A stretch of 64,000 nucleotides of DNA from Planctomycetota bacterium (GCA_016220035.1 JACRIO010000284.1:31423-95422); one strand, 5' to 3'; positions 1-10,271 are shown, counted from the stretch's first letter. The notes: generated from the sequence alone by a model not told the origin. Translations and numbers: made by a program.

Positions 1-1202
1 CCGGCCTCGAGGTGCTCGCGCCACGCGCGCTCGATGTCGTCCTTCGACATCGACAGCGCATCGGTCAGCGCGCCCATCGAGAGCTTCCCTTTCGCGCCCT
101 CGCGCAGGAACCGACCGTAGTTCGCCCGCAGGGCGCCCTCGCGTCCAAAGACAAGGAAGTGCACGAGGCTGTAGGCGGCCGCGGTCATCTGCGGGCGCTT
201 CGGGTCCGCGTTGAAGTCGTTGCCCGCGGCGTTGAAGACGCGCTCGATGGTCAATTTGTCGGCGAGCACGCGCTGGAAGTCCGCCTTGTCGATCGCGCCG
301 ATCGGGCTCCACGCGCCGAAGCGCTGCGCGGGCGCCGCCTTGGCGAACAGCTCGGCGATCCCGGTCGAGGTCCACTGCGGCACCTGCGCCGTCGCTCCAG
401 CGCCGCGGCGCAGGGCATTGAACAACATGAGGCGCGTGAGCTCGTGCACGACCGCCGGGATGGACGGGTCCGATTCCGCCAGCACGTTCAGCCGGTTCAC
501 GCCGGGCGCGAACCAGATCGGATCGCCCTTGACCGGCGCGACCGGGAAGTCCTCAGCGCGGCCGTAGACGAAGACCTCGGGGGCTTCGTCGAACAGATAG
601 AGCTCGAGCGGCTCCGCCAGCGTCGCGTAGAAGCGCCGGTAGTTGCGCTCGAGCGCGAGCCCGACGTCGAGCGCGAGCGAGAGCTCGAGGTCCGTGCGCA
701 GCGTGAAGTGCGAGCACGGGATCTCGAGCGCCTCCTTCCACGACGCCTGGCGCTTCGCGAGCTCCGCGGGCGTGCGCTTCACCTTGTCGAACGGCACGCG
801 CACCTCGTCGCGGACGCGCTGGACGTCGAGCGCCTTGCCGGCCGCCTCGTGCTTCGGGTCCGCGAGCAGCACGCGCAGCCAGAAATTGCGCGCTTCGGGC
901 GCGAGACCGCTGTCGGCGCAGCTCTGCGCGAGCTCCGCGAAGACCGCCGCGTCGGCGCCCGCGAGATCGCGATCGAGGACCTGGGCCAGGCTGCGCTCGA
1001 GCGTGCGCACCTCGCGCACCTCCGACGGTTGCAGGACGGTGTCCTTGCTGCCTTGACGCAGCACGAGCTTGGACGGGCCGTCGAAAACCACGCGTCCTTC
1101 GAGGACCTTGCCGGTCTTCTCGAGGGTCACGCGGTCGGGACCGTCGCCGAGGAAGGGCAGCGCGAGTACGAGTGCGAGGCAGGTCGATTGCATGCGGCGC
1201 AT
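1..1202 (-). CDS. secreted hypothetical protein, C-terminal end outside window (DUF1570-like layout, tentative)
   Basis: Hand translation of the reverse strand from ATG at 1202-1200 gives MRRMQSTCLALVLALPFLGDGPDRVTLEKTGKVLEGR... It stays open to base 1 with G/C-dominated third positions. Signal-like N-terminus; later ...AVVHELTRLMLFN... and ...QWTSTGIAELFAK.... Missing from the ORF track because its stop is outside the window. The listed + ORF 12..1424 is its shadow. Confidence 0.6.
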   Translation of the reverse strand, partial: MRRMQSTCLALVLALPFLGDGPDRVTLEKTGKVLEGRVVFDGPSKLVLRQGSKDTVLQPSEVREVRTLERSLAQVLDRDLAGADAAVFAELAQSCADSGLAPEARNFWLRVLLADPKHEAAGKALDVQRVRDEVRVPFDKVKRTPAELAKRQASWKEALEIPCSHFTLRTDLELSLALDVGLALERNYRRFYATLAEPLELYLFDEAPEVFVYGRAEDFPVAPVKGDPIWFAPGVNRLNVLAESDPSIPAVVHELTRLMLFNALRRGAGATAQVPQWTSTGIAELFAKAAPAQRFGAWSPIGAIDKADFQRVLADKLTIERVFNAAGNDFNADPKRPQMTAAAYSLVHFLVFGREGALRANYGRFLREGAKGKLSMGALTDALSMSKDDIERAWREHLEA

Positions 1203-1242
1203 GGTAGGCGGTCGCGCGGCGATGAGACAAGGCGCGGTCCGC

Positions 1243-3885
1243 TCATCCGGTCCGCACCGCCGCCACCGCGTCGAGGCGGTTCATCCGCGCGATGGGATAG
1301 AGCGCGGCGAGCAGGGCGACGGCGACCGATCCCGCGGGCACGATCGCGAGCCACGGACCCGCGCCGGCGTGCGGGATCTCGAGGCCCGACAAGCCTTCCA
1401 GCGCGCGCACGATCACCGGCGTGAGCCCCGCGCCGAGCAGCGTCCCGAGCAGGCCGCCGAAGAGACCGATCACGAGCGCCTCGCACAGCACCATTCCCGC
1501 GATCTGGCGCCGGCGCGTGCCGAGCGCCTTGAGCACGCCGAGCTCCTTCGCGCGCTCCAGCGCGGCGAGCAGTTGTCCGTTCAGCACGCCGAGCGCCGCG
1601 AGCAGCGCCGTCAGGGTCAGGATCAGGTCGAACAAGCGGAAATCGCGGTCGATGTCCGCGAGGTGGAGGGCGAGCAGGTCGCGGCCGGTCTCGTAGCGCA
1701 GCACGTTCAACTCCGGGTAGAGCTCGCGCACCGCCGTCTTGACGACGTCGGGATCCGTGCCCGGCCGCAGCGCGACGGCGCACTCGTTCACGCGCTCGAC
1801 GTCGATGCAGAACGCGCGGCGCACGAAGTCGTCCGACACGACGCCGTAGATGCGCTCGTCGGGGTGCGGGAAGTAGCCGTAGGCGTCGCTGATCGCCAGC
1901 ACGGTGAGGTCCTGCACGCTGCCGCTCGCGCTCCCGACGTGCACGCGGTCGCCGACGCGGTAGCCGAGGTGCTTCGCGAGGCGCTTCGAGACGATCACGC
2001 CCGTCCCCTTCGCGAACTCCGCGGCGAGCGCGGGATCCTCGCGCAGCGGGCCGAACGAACGGAGCTCGTCCGTGCGCTCGCCCAGGAGCAGGAACGGGAC
2101 GTAGCTGCGCGCTCCGCCGTTCTCGAGCGCGACGAAGCCGGGGTAGCGCGCGAATTGCGCGCGCAGCTCGGCCATCGGCGCGTTGCCGAGGCCGCCGAGG
2201 TAGACCTTGTCGACGAGGCCGACCGCTGCCCACTGTTCGATTTCCGCGCGCAAGCTGCGCGTCATGCCCTTCAGGCCGACGAACGCGGCGGCGACGAGCG
2301 CGAGCGCGGCGGCGGAGACGGGCACGCGCGTGCGGCTCTCGCGGATCGAGCGCGCCGCCATGCGCCCCGAGAACATCCACAGCGCCGCGAGCGGCCGCGC
2401 GATCGCGCTCGACAGACGGTTGAAGAGTGCGGGCACGACCAGCGGCAGCACGACGAGCAGCGCGAGGAAGCCGACGCCGACGAGCACCGCGCCGACGAGC
2501 TCGCCCTGCGCCTCTCCGACGACGGGCACGATCACGAAGTAGAGCCCCGGCAGGAGTCCGACGAGCAGGAGCGCGGCGAAGAGGTGGAACCCGCGCGCGA
2601 CGCCGGCGCTCCCGAGGTGCTCGTCCCCGCGCAGCGCCTGCGCGCTGCTCGTGTGCCGCGCGCGCAGGAGCGGGTAGATCGAGCCGAGCAGCGCGACGCC
2701 GACGCCCGCGGCCGTCAGCGCGCCCACTTCGCGCCACGGCACGTCGAAGAGCTCGATGCGATGCCCCGTGCCGAGCGTCGTGACGCCCAAGAGGAGCAGC
2801 CCGCGCGCGAGCGCGAGCCCGCCCGCGACGCCGACGACGGCCGCGAGCGCCGCGATGACGAGCGCTTCCGTGAGGAAGATGCGCCTGATCTGCCGTCGCG
2901 TCGCGCCGAGCGCGTCGAGCGTCGCGACCTCGCGCACGCGCTCCACGAGCGCGATCGACAACGTGTGGAAGATCACGTAGAGACCGAGCACGAGGGCCAG
3001 CAGCCCCGCCATGCGCACGCCGTTCCTGAACGCACGCTCGTCCGCCGCCGCGCCGACGAGCACGCTCTTGTTCAGGTCGTAGGAAAAGGAAGCGCCGAGG
3101 CTCGCGCGCAGCTTCTCGATGTCGACCTTGGGGTCCTGCTTCACCCAGTAGACGGGATCGAGCCGCGCGCCCTTGAAGAGCTCGCGCGCCCACGCCGAAT
3201 CGATCACGAGGACGACGCCCTGCGCGCGTCGGCCGAGGTTTTCGCGCGCGAGGATGCCGACGACGGTGAAGTCGAGCTCGGGAGCGAGCTCGCCCGCCTG
3301 GCGCTCGGGCCGCTTCAGCTCGCCGTCGACGCACTGTTCCGCGGGTGGTCGGCGCGGGCGCGCGAGCAGCACGCCGTCGCCGACGGAGAGGCCGAGCGCC
3401 TCCGCGAGGCCCGTGCCGATCAGGACCTCGCGCTCCTTCGACGTGGGGTCGATCAGGCGGCCTTCGAGCAGGCGCACGGCTTCGATGCGCGCGAGCGCCG
3501 CGCCGTCGAGCGCGAACAGACGCGCGCGCGTCTTCGAGTCGCCGTCGGGCGTGCTCTCGCGCACGCGGCGCTCGCTCGTGCCCTGCGCGATCGGCACGCG
3601 CCGGCGCACGACGGCCTCGTTCTGGAACACGCTCGACACGCCCGCGACGCCGGCGGTCTTCTCGAGCTCGCCCTTGGGGTCGAGGACGCCGTCGGCGGGC
3701 CGCACCTCGAGCGCGGGTCGCCAGTCGCTCGTCCCCGGCAGCGACAGGCCGAGCAGCGTGTTGTGGTCGAGCGTGAACACGCCGACGACGGTCGCGATGC
3801 CGAGCGCGATGCCCAGCACCGAGAAGAGCGTGCGCGCGGGGCGCTGGCGCAGGCTGCGGCCCGCGATCGTGGTCGTGAGCGACAT
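1243..3885 (-). CDS. ABC transporter permease, FtsX/MacB type with two FtsX-like modules
   Basis: 880-aa ORF. N-terminal TM helix (RTLFSVLGIALGIATVVGVF) is followed by a large extracytoplasmic segment and TM bundle, and the pattern repeats in the C-terminal half (...ELGVLKALGTRRRQIAGMVLCEALVIG...). A 6-nt gap separates it from the upstream ATPase gene. Confidence 0.85.
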   Translation of the reverse strand: MSLTTTIAGRSLRQRPARTLFSVLGIALGIATVVGVFTLDHNTLLGLSLPGTSDWRPALEVRPADGVLDPKGELEKTAGVAGVSSVFQNEAVVRRRVPIAQGTSERRVRESTPDGDSKTRARLFALDGAALARIEAVRLLEGRLIDPTSKEREVLIGTGLAEALGLSVGDGVLLARPRRPPAEQCVDGELKRPERQAGELAPELDFTVVGILARENLGRRAQGVVLVIDSAWARELFKGARLDPVYWVKQDPKVDIEKLRASLGASFSYDLNKSVLVGAAADERAFRNGVRMAGLLALVLGLYVIFHTLSIALVERVREVATLDALGATRRQIRRIFLTEALVIAALAAVVGVAGGLALARGLLLLGVTTLGTGHRIELFDVPWREVGALTAAGVGVALLGSIYPLLRARHTSSAQALRGDEHLGSAGVARGFHLFAALLLVGLLPGLYFVIVPVVGEAQGELVGAVLVGVGFLALLVVLPLVVPALFNRLSSAIARPLAALWMFSGRMAARSIRESRTRVPVSAAALALVAAAFVGLKGMTRSLRAEIEQWAAVGLVDKVYLGGLGNAPMAELRAQFARYPGFVALENGGARSYVPFLLLGERTDELRSFGPLREDPALAAEFAKGTGVIVSKRLAKHLGYRVGDRVHVGSASGSVQDLTVLAISDAYGYFPHPDERIYGVVSDDFVRRAFCIDVERVNECAVALRPGTDPDVVKTAVRELYPELNVLRYETGRDLLALHLADIDRDFRLFDLILTLTALLAALGVLNGQLLAALERAKELGVLKALGTRRRQIAGMVLCEALVIGLFGGLLGTLLGAGLTPVIVRALEGLSGLEIPHAGAGPWLAIVPAGSVAVALLAALYPIARMNRLDAVAAVRTG

Positions 3886-3891
3886 GCGGCC

Positions 3892-4635
3892 TCAGATGTG
3901 GAGCGCGGAGAGCGCCGCGTGCACGTCCTCGACCTTCAAGCCGGGCCCGGCGAGCTCCCGGTCGGCCGACAGCACGCCGTCGACGAGGAACAGCACCCGG
4001 TCGGCGAAGACCGCGTCGCGCGGGTTGTGCGTGACGAGCAGGAGTGCACGCCCTTCCTCGTCGCGACAGCGGCGCAGGAGCTGCATCACCTCGAGCCCCG
4101 CCTTCTGCGACAGGTTGCCCGTCGGTTCGTCGCACAAGAGCAGCGGCTGTCCGCCCGCGAGCGCGCGCGCGATCGACACGCGCTGCCTCTCGCCGCCCGA
4201 CAATTGGTGCGGGACCGACCGCTCCTTGCCGGCGAGGCCGAGGCGCGCGAGCAGCTCGCGCAGGCGCGCCTCCTCGCGCTCCGGCCCCGAGCCCGCGATC
4301 GCGAGCGGCAGGCCCACGTTTTCGAGCACGGTCAAGTTCGGGAGCAGGTTGAAGAACTGGAACACGTACCCGACCGTGCGCCGCCGCAGCAGCGTGCGCT
4401 CGTCGGGCGCGAGCTTCGCGAGCGCGGCACCGCCGAGCTCGACCTCGCCCGCCGACGGCTGGTCGAGGCCCGAGATCAGATGGAGCAACGTCGACTTGCC
4501 CGACCCGCTCGGTCCCATGATGCAGACGAACTCGCCGTGCGCGACGGAGAGCGAGATGCCGCGCAGGATCGCCTGCTTCTCACCCTGGACCTCGTGGAAC
4601 TTGTAGAGCTCGTTCGTGCGCGCGATCACTTCCAT
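3892..4635 (-). CDS. ABC transporter ATP-binding protein (LolD/MacB-like)
   Basis: Walker A GPSGSGKST, ABC signature LSGGERQRVSIARAL, Walker B LLLCDEPTGNL, H-loop VTHN. Confidence 0.92.
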   Translation of the reverse strand: MEVIARTNELYKFHEVQGEKQAILRGISLSVAHGEFVCIMGPSGSGKSTLLHLISGLDQPSAGEVELGGAALAKLAPDERTLLRRRTVGYVFQFFNLLPNLTVLENVGLPLAIAGSGPEREEARLRELLARLGLAGKERSVPHQLSGGERQRVSIARALAGGQPLLLCDEPTGNLSQKAGLEVMQLLRRCRDEEGRALLLVTHNPRDAVFADRVLFLVDGVLSADRELAGPGLKVEDVHAALSALHI

Positions 4636-4728
4636 GCGTACCTCTCGCGCGCCAGTCTGCGGCCCCGGAGCGCGCCGTCCAACGCTCCATGCCGCGCGAG
4701 CCGCGAAACCTCGGCCGCTCGGGCGGCG

Positions 4729-6486
4729 TCAGCGCAACGTATAGATCTCGATGCGCGGCCCCATCCGGTCGAGCGCGAAGAGGCGCGGGATCGGCGCGGG
4801 AACGTCTTGGTAGAAACTGCTGCGCGTCCCGTCGTCGTCCCCCTGCGACGCGAACACGGGGTCGCCGCGTTCCACCGCGCCACGCCAGAGGAGCGACGAG
4901 AGCAGGATCCAGCGATTCCAGCGCGTGGCCTCGATCACCACGAAACGCGGTTTGGGGTCCGTGAGCAGCCGTTCGGCGTTGGCCGGCGCGCGCTCCGGCC
5001 CCTCGTTCACCGCCGCGGTCGGCACGTTGCGGATGCGGAGGCGCGGACCGAGCGCCGCGGGGAGCGGCCGCGCGCGCTGCAACCCCCGCCAGGCCTGGGC
5101 GCGCTTCGTCTCGGCGAGGAGCGCGTCGTCCGCGTTCGAGTAGGCGAGCGGCAGGTTGAGCTGCGGCGTCACGAGCACGTCGTCGCCCGGCTGCGCGTGC
5201 TCCACGAGCCAGTCCGCGGCCTCGTGCACGGTGTCCGGCGCGGCCGCGAGGAGGACGAAGCGTCCCTGCACGGCGACGGGGAACGCGAGCGCGAGCGCGG
5301 CGAACACGACGAACAGGCGCCTCCAAGCGAGCTCACCGCCCGCCCCGCGCGAAGCGCGCCACACGGCCCACGCGGCGAGCATCGTCATCGCGGGGTAGAG
5401 CGGGAGCCAGTAGCGCTCGTACACCCACGCGTACATCCCCCACACGAGACCGTACGGCAGCGAGTACGCCGCGAGCACGAGCACGCGTCGATCGCGCACG
5501 ACGCGCCGCAGCCGGAAGAGGAGGAGCACGAGGCCGACGCACCCGAGCAGGAGCGGCACGGGGTCGTGCACGAAGACCTGGCGGAAGCCGCGGGGGAAGC
5601 CGAGGCCGTTCAGCTTGACGAGTTCGAACATGAGGCCTCCCTGCGACACGACCGTGCCGTCCAGGTTCATTTCCGCGGTCGTCGCGCCGGGGTCGGGCAC
5701 TCGGCCGCCGGGCACGAACGCGGCGGCGATCGCGGCGGCGACCGCGAGCGACGAGCATGCGGCGAGCCAACGCGAGCGCGCGTTCCACGCCTTGGGCGCG
5801 AACACGTGCGCGACGACGAGCGGAGCGAGCGTGAAGCCGCCGGTCTGGAGCGTCGCGAAGGCGAGCCCCGAGCAAGCGCCGGCGCAGAGCGAGCGAGCGA
5901 CGCTGGGCCGTTCCACGAGCGCGAGCGACGCGATCAGTGCGAGCAGAAGCAGGGTGAAGTGCACTGCGTGCGGACGGGCCTGCTGCGAGAACATCAGGTG
6001 GATCAGACTGGTCGCCGTGAACGCCGCCGCGAGCAGCGCGGGCCATGGATCGAGGAAGTGCCGCGCCAGGAGGAACGACAAAGGGATCGCGAGCACCGCG
6101 AAGCACGCGACGAGGAGGCGCAGTCGCAGCGTCGGCTCGGCGGCCGCGATCAGGAACTCGTCCAACGTGTTCGCGTGCTCCACGTCGACCGCCCGCGGCG
6201 CCAACGTCCCGAGGCGCGCGAGCAGCAGCGGATAGCGTCCGAACACGGCGGGCCGCGCGCCCTCGGGCGTTCCGGCTTCGAGCTCGACGAGCTGGATCAC
6301 CGCGTGGTCGTCGGGCTCCGGCGACTGCGGAAGGAGCCGCTCGATCCCGTCGAAGCGCGCCCACGCGGCGAGCAGCGTCATCACGGCGAGCAGCACCCAC
6401 GCGGCGGCCGGCGTCCGACCGCTGGGATCACGCTCGAGCACGTCGCGCGCGGACGCGGCGCCGTCGATCGGTCGCTCAGCGTCCAT
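4729..6486 (-). CDS. polytopic membrane protein, GT-C fold glycosyltransferase-like (ArnT/PMT-like, tentative)
   Basis: 585 aa with many hydrophobic helices, an acidic first-loop motif (PEPDDHAV) and a soluble C-terminal domain. This architecture is typical of GT39/GT83-type enzymes. No database comparison was possible. Confidence 0.4.
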   Translation of the reverse strand: MDAERPIDGAASARDVLERDPSGRTPAAAWVLLAVMTLLAAWARFDGIERLLPQSPEPDDHAVIQLVELEAGTPEGARPAVFGRYPLLLARLGTLAPRAVDVEHANTLDEFLIAAAEPTLRLRLLVACFAVLAIPLSFLLARHFLDPWPALLAAAFTATSLIHLMFSQQARPHAVHFTLLLLALIASLALVERPSVARSLCAGACSGLAFATLQTGGFTLAPLVVAHVFAPKAWNARSRWLAACSSLAVAAAIAAAFVPGGRVPDPGATTAEMNLDGTVVSQGGLMFELVKLNGLGFPRGFRQVFVHDPVPLLLGCVGLVLLLFRLRRVVRDRRVLVLAAYSLPYGLVWGMYAWVYERYWLPLYPAMTMLAAWAVWRASRGAGGELAWRRLFVVFAALALAFPVAVQGRFVLLAAAPDTVHEAADWLVEHAQPGDDVLVTPQLNLPLAYSNADDALLAETKRAQAWRGLQRARPLPAALGPRLRIRNVPTAAVNEGPERAPANAERLLTDPKPRFVVIEATRWNRWILLSSLLWRGAVERGDPVFASQGDDDGTRSSFYQDVPAPIPRLFALDRMGPRIEIYTLR

Positions 6487-7351
6487 CGTGCTCGCGCTTC
6501 GCGCGTTCCCATGCGGCGACGAGCTCCACGAGCGAGAGGTCCTTCATCGGCCGGCCGAGGGCTCCCTCCATCGAACGGAAACGACCCTCGAAGCGGCGCG
6601 CGGACGCACGACACGCGCGTTCGGGATCGATGTCGAGGTACTGCGCGAGGAACGCGGACGCGAGGAGCACGTCGCCGAGCTCGTGCTCGACCTCCGCGCG
6701 TTGGTCCCGCGTCGCCGGCGCCTTCGCGTCGCGATCGAGACCGCTCGCGGCGAGGGCTTCGGCGAGCTCGCGCCGTTCCTCGTCGAGCTTGAGCACGGCT
6801 CCGCTCACGTCGGACCAGCGAAACCCCGCAGACACGGCCTTGCCGCACATGCGCGCGGCGCGATGGAGCGCGGGGAGGTTCGGGGGGACGCCGGCGAGCG
6901 CGCTCGCGTCCTCTTCCTTGCCCTGACGCTCCTCCTTCTTGATCGCCTCCCAGTTCGCGAGCACCTGTTCGGCGCCGTCGACCCGCACCTCGCCGAACAC
7001 GTGCGGATGCCGACGGATCAACTTGTCGCAGACCGCGCGCCCGGCGACGGAGAGATCGAAGCGCCCGCCCTCCTCCGCGATCTTCGCGATGAGTGCCACG
7101 ACCATGAGCAGATCGCCGAGTTCCTCCGCCGTCGCGCCGTCCTGCTTCGTCTCGATCGCCTCGACCGCTTCGTGCGCTTCCTCGACGAGGTGCGGCGCCA
7201 TGCTGTCGACGGTCTGCTTCCGATCCCACGGACATCCGTCGGGCGCGCGCAGACGATCGACGATCTCGACGAGCCGCGCGAACGCCATGACGCGCGGATC
7301 GTGAAGGGTCTCGGGACGCGGATCGAGAGTGTGCGGCGCGGCGGGGCTCAT
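6476..7351 (-). CDS. mazG: nucleoside triphosphate pyrophosphohydrolase MazG
   Basis: Tandem MazG halves: ...LRAPDGCPWDRKQTVDSMAPHLVEEAHEAVEAIE... and ...EVEHELGDVLLASAFLA.... Its stop overlaps the start of the downstream GT-C-like gene. Confidence 0.85.
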   Translation of the reverse strand: MSPAAPHTLDPRPETLHDPRVMAFARLVEIVDRLRAPDGCPWDRKQTVDSMAPHLVEEAHEAVEAIETKQDGATAEELGDLLMVVALIAKIAEEGGRFDLSVAGRAVCDKLIRRHPHVFGEVRVDGAEQVLANWEAIKKEERQGKEEDASALAGVPPNLPALHRAARMCGKAVSAGFRWSDVSGAVLKLDEERRELAEALAASGLDRDAKAPATRDQRAEVEHELGDVLLASAFLAQYLDIDPERACRASARRFEGRFRSMEGALGRPMKDLSLVELVAAWERAKREHDGR

Positions 7352-7563
7352 CCCGAGAGGATACGGTCGCCGTCGCCGAGCTCCGACCCGTAGACCCCGA
7401 GTTCAACCTCGGTGGATCCGCGAACCCGTTACGGCCGCAGGCGCTCGCCCCGGGGAAGCCTCACCGCGGATCGAGCCTCTGCACGATCGAGCGCCTCGCG
7501 AAGCCCACCCCGAACGGCACCCCCACGCTGGCGCCCTTGCTGAAGACCGTCGCTCGCGCCGGG

Positions 7564-9429
7564 TCAACGTCCCCAGACGACAGCGAGCGCGTTGGAGGTG
7601 TTCGACGTGCCGCCGCCCGGGCAGAACAGCAGGCTGGCATCGCGGTAGTAGGCCTGATAATGCCGCGAGGCCCCGATCAAGATCAGATCGCCAAAGGCCG
7701 CGGCCCGTTCCGACAGAGCGAGTTGTCCCGGCTCGGGCGCCGAGGCGACGCCTCCCACGGCGCGAGTGAGGTAGAGCCGCTTGAGTGTCCCTCCCACGCA
7801 GCGCAGGCCGTCGCCCAGGAAGACAGGCAGGTCCATGTCGTCGCCCTGGAGGAAGAGCGTCAGCGCGGAAGGCGTTTCGTCGACGACGGTCAGCACGAAC
7901 GAGTCGGCGGTGAGACTGGCTGAGCCCGTGGAGCTCAACTGCGCGCCACCCGTACTCCGCGAGTTCTCGCAACCGTGCCCAGGCGCGCCTGTGTTTCCGC
8001 ACCGGCAGGCTCCGCTCGTCCCATCGCCGAAGCAGAAGGCCACCGGCGGCTGACTACCCAGGTCCCGGACGAAGACATCGTTCAGGCCGTTCGTATCCCC
8101 TGGCACGAGGGTGGGGTCGGCAGTGGTGAAGACGATGCTCCCGCCGTCGGCCGACACTGCGGGGATGCTACATGGAGAATAGACCTCCTGCCCCGTCGAG
8201 GTGAGGCTCACCCGTGCAGTCTCGTGCGTGAACGTGTCGTGGCTGAAGATGTCCCACGTGAAATCAGGATCCGCTGGAGCGAGATTGATCGCGGCGCTCA
8301 CGAACACCACGGTCCGGCCGTCGAAGGACAAGGGAGACGTTCCAACTCCAGTACAACAGGCTCCGCCGCTATCTCCATCGCCCTCCAGCCCCGTCGTCGA
8401 AAGGCTCACCCGTCTCGTCTCGTTGGTCCACAGGTCGCGCAGAAAGATGTCCGACTTACCGTTGAGGTCACCGACAACGAGATTGGTCGCCCTGGATTCG
8501 AAGGTCACGAAGCGGCCATTCCCGGAAATCGACGGCCACACACAAGCAGCGTTGGCCTGCTGCCCCGCCGAACCGACGCTCGCGAGGACGACGGCTCCGG
8601 TCGACAGGTCCTTGACGAACACGTCGGTCAGGCCATTGACGTCACCCGCCACGAGATTGTCGGCGTCGCTCTCGAACACGACGTGCCGTCCGTCGTAGTC
8701 GACCACAGGAAACCGGCTCGCGTGATTCGCTTGAACACCCAGCGCATGGATACTTACGAGCACGATCTGATGGGCCTGAAGATCGTAGGCGAAGATGTCA
8801 CCCACACCATTGACATCGCCGGGAACCAAGTTGTCCGAGCTCGTGGTGAAGGCGACGATCCTCCCGTCTCCAGATATCGACGGCTGCTCACTGTCTTGAT
8901 TGCCCTGAATGCCCGCGTTGCTGACACTGACCCTGGTATTGAGTCCCGTCCCGAGGTCGTTCACAAACACATCTTTGCGCGCATTCGTATCTTGCACCAC
9001 CAGATTGCTGGCCGTGCTCTGATACGCGAGCAGGTTGCCGTCTGCTGAAATCGATGGCCAGAAACTGGCGCCATTTGCCTGCGGCACCGCCACACCACGG
9101 CTCGCAAGGATCGTAGTACTCGACGCGCGGTCACGCACGAATACGTCGAGCTGACCGTTCGTGTCATTCGCAACGAGATTACTCGCAGCGCTATCGAATC
9201 CGATGCGCATGCCATCTGCGGAGACACTGCTATCGAAGCTGCCTCCATTGCCCGAGGCAGTCCCACCGGCGTTGATACTGACAAGGCCGGTGCTCGCCTG
9301 CGAAAGGCCAACACTTGAGATCAACAGCGCGGCAAATACCAGCAGCGCAAGCGATGCAGGGCTCGACCATGCACCCAAGGCGCCAGGAACGCGCAACGGC
9401 TCGCACGTACGGTCAGGAACGCTTCTCAT
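7564..9429 (-). CDS. secreted PD40/TolB-like beta-propeller repeat protein with Cys-rich C-terminal domain
   Basis: Signal-like N-terminus. About 9 repeats of the pattern S.SADG..VAF.S.A.NLV..DTNG..DVFV.DL. The last ~156 aa (CFGDGTSGACRCGNTGAPGHGC...YQAYYRDA..FC...SN..) are alignable to the C-terminus of the S53 peptidase at 34421..36571. Confidence 0.75.
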   Translation of the reverse strand: MRSVPDRTCEPLRVPGALGAWSSPASLALLVFAALLISSVGLSQASTGLVSINAGGTASGNGGSFDSSVSADGMRIGFDSAASNLVANDTNGQLDVFVRDRASSTTILASRGVAVPQANGASFWPSISADGNLLAYQSTASNLVVQDTNARKDVFVNDLGTGLNTRVSVSNAGIQGNQDSEQPSISGDGRIVAFTTSSDNLVPGDVNGVGDIFAYDLQAHQIVLVSIHALGVQANHASRFPVVDYDGRHVVFESDADNLVAGDVNGLTDVFVKDLSTGAVVLASVGSAGQQANAACVWPSISGNGRFVTFESRATNLVVGDLNGKSDIFLRDLWTNETRRVSLSTTGLEGDGDSGGACCTGVGTSPLSFDGRTVVFVSAAINLAPADPDFTWDIFSHDTFTHETARVSLTSTGQEVYSPCSIPAVSADGGSIVFTTADPTLVPGDTNGLNDVFVRDLGSQPPVAFCFGDGTSGACRCGNTGAPGHGCENSRSTGGAQLSSTGSASLTADSFVLTVVDETPSALTLFLQGDDMDLPVFLGDGLRCVGGTLKRLYLTRAVGGVASAPEPGQLALSERAAAFGDLILIGASRHYQAYYRDASLLFCPGGGTSNTSNALAVVWGR

Positions 9430-9572
9430 CGGCTCAACCCAGCGCGCGCGGAGGGGACATCTCCGAAGTCAGCATACCAGCCCGCATGAGAAGCGGAGGA
9501 TCGTTCTAGGCTTGGGGGAGGACTCGGTTGGCTCGTGACCGGTGGCACCAGCCTCCACGCCGTCAGGGGTCA

Positions 9573-10271
9573 CTAGCGGTCGATCGGCGCCTGCACGTCG
9601 CACACCCGCGCGAGTCGGGCGAGCCGCGCGAGCGCGTCGCCGAACGCGACGATCAGCAGCAGGTGCTCGCCGACGTCCTCGGTCCGCTGCGGATCGAGGC
9701 CCGACCAGACGGGGCGCAGGTCGCCGTCGACATCGCTCGCCCGCGCTCGTTCGAGGCGCAGGGGGAGCGTCAGGAGCCATGCGGGGTGCCGCGACCATTC
9801 CCCGAGGTCGGCTTCGTCGACGAGGAGCGCGTGGTCGGCGAGTTCGCGCCCCTCGACCCCGGAGCGCGCGAGCACCCGCAGCACGCGCGGCGCGTCTTGG
9901 TGCTCGAATTCGAAGGCCAGGCCCAGGGAGCTCACGAAGCCCTCGACGAAGCTCCACACCTCCTCGGGCGGCACGTCGAGCGTGCGGTTCAGGCCGAGCG
10001 CATCCTGGACGCCGAGCAGCCGGTCGGCCTCGGACTCCACGTGCAGCGTGACTCCGACGCAGCGCGAGAACTCGTCGAGCACCTGTCGCGGCCTCGACGG
10101 CTTCGGATCGTCGGCTCCGCGCACGTGCAGACCCGCGGCGGGCACGGGGAAGAGCTCCGCCGGGTGCGTGGGCGAGCGTTGGGCCGGTGCGCCGTCGCGC
10201 TCCGTGCGCGCGGGCCATGCGGAGGCGAGGAAGGGGAGCGCGAGGAGCGCGACGGTGCATGCAGGCTTCAT
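9573..10271 (-). CDS. exported protein, secretin N0/N1-like module only (paralog 3 of 3)
   Basis: ATG at 10271 preceded by gaggtgaacc. Signal peptide MKPACTVALLALPFLASA. Alignable to the two upstream genes (FPVPAAGL, LDEFSRCVGVTLHV, LGLNRTLDVPPEEV, ALLVDEADL, HPAWL). Confidence 0.65.
   Translation of the reverse strand: MKPACTVALLALPFLASAWPARTERDGAPAQRSPTHPAELFPVPAAGLHVRGADDPKPSRPRQVLDEFSRCVGVTLHVESEADRLLGVQDALGLNRTLDVPPEEVWSFVEGFVSSLGLAFEFEHQDAPRVLRVLARSGVEGRELADHALLVDEADLGEWSRHPAWLLTLPLRLERARASDVDGDLRPVWSGLDPQRTEDVGEHLLLIVAFGDALARLARLARVCDVQAPIDR

Noticed and set aside
1069-6792. 1907-aa + strand ORF, with companions 12..1424 +, 1127..4135 -, 553..1230 - and similar
   Set aside because: The translations are Arg/Ala/Gly/Pro-dominated with no motifs. 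They run antisense or out of frame to four well-supported minus-strand genes (ABC permease, ABC ATPase, GT-C-like, mazG). These are typical high-G+C shadow ORFs.
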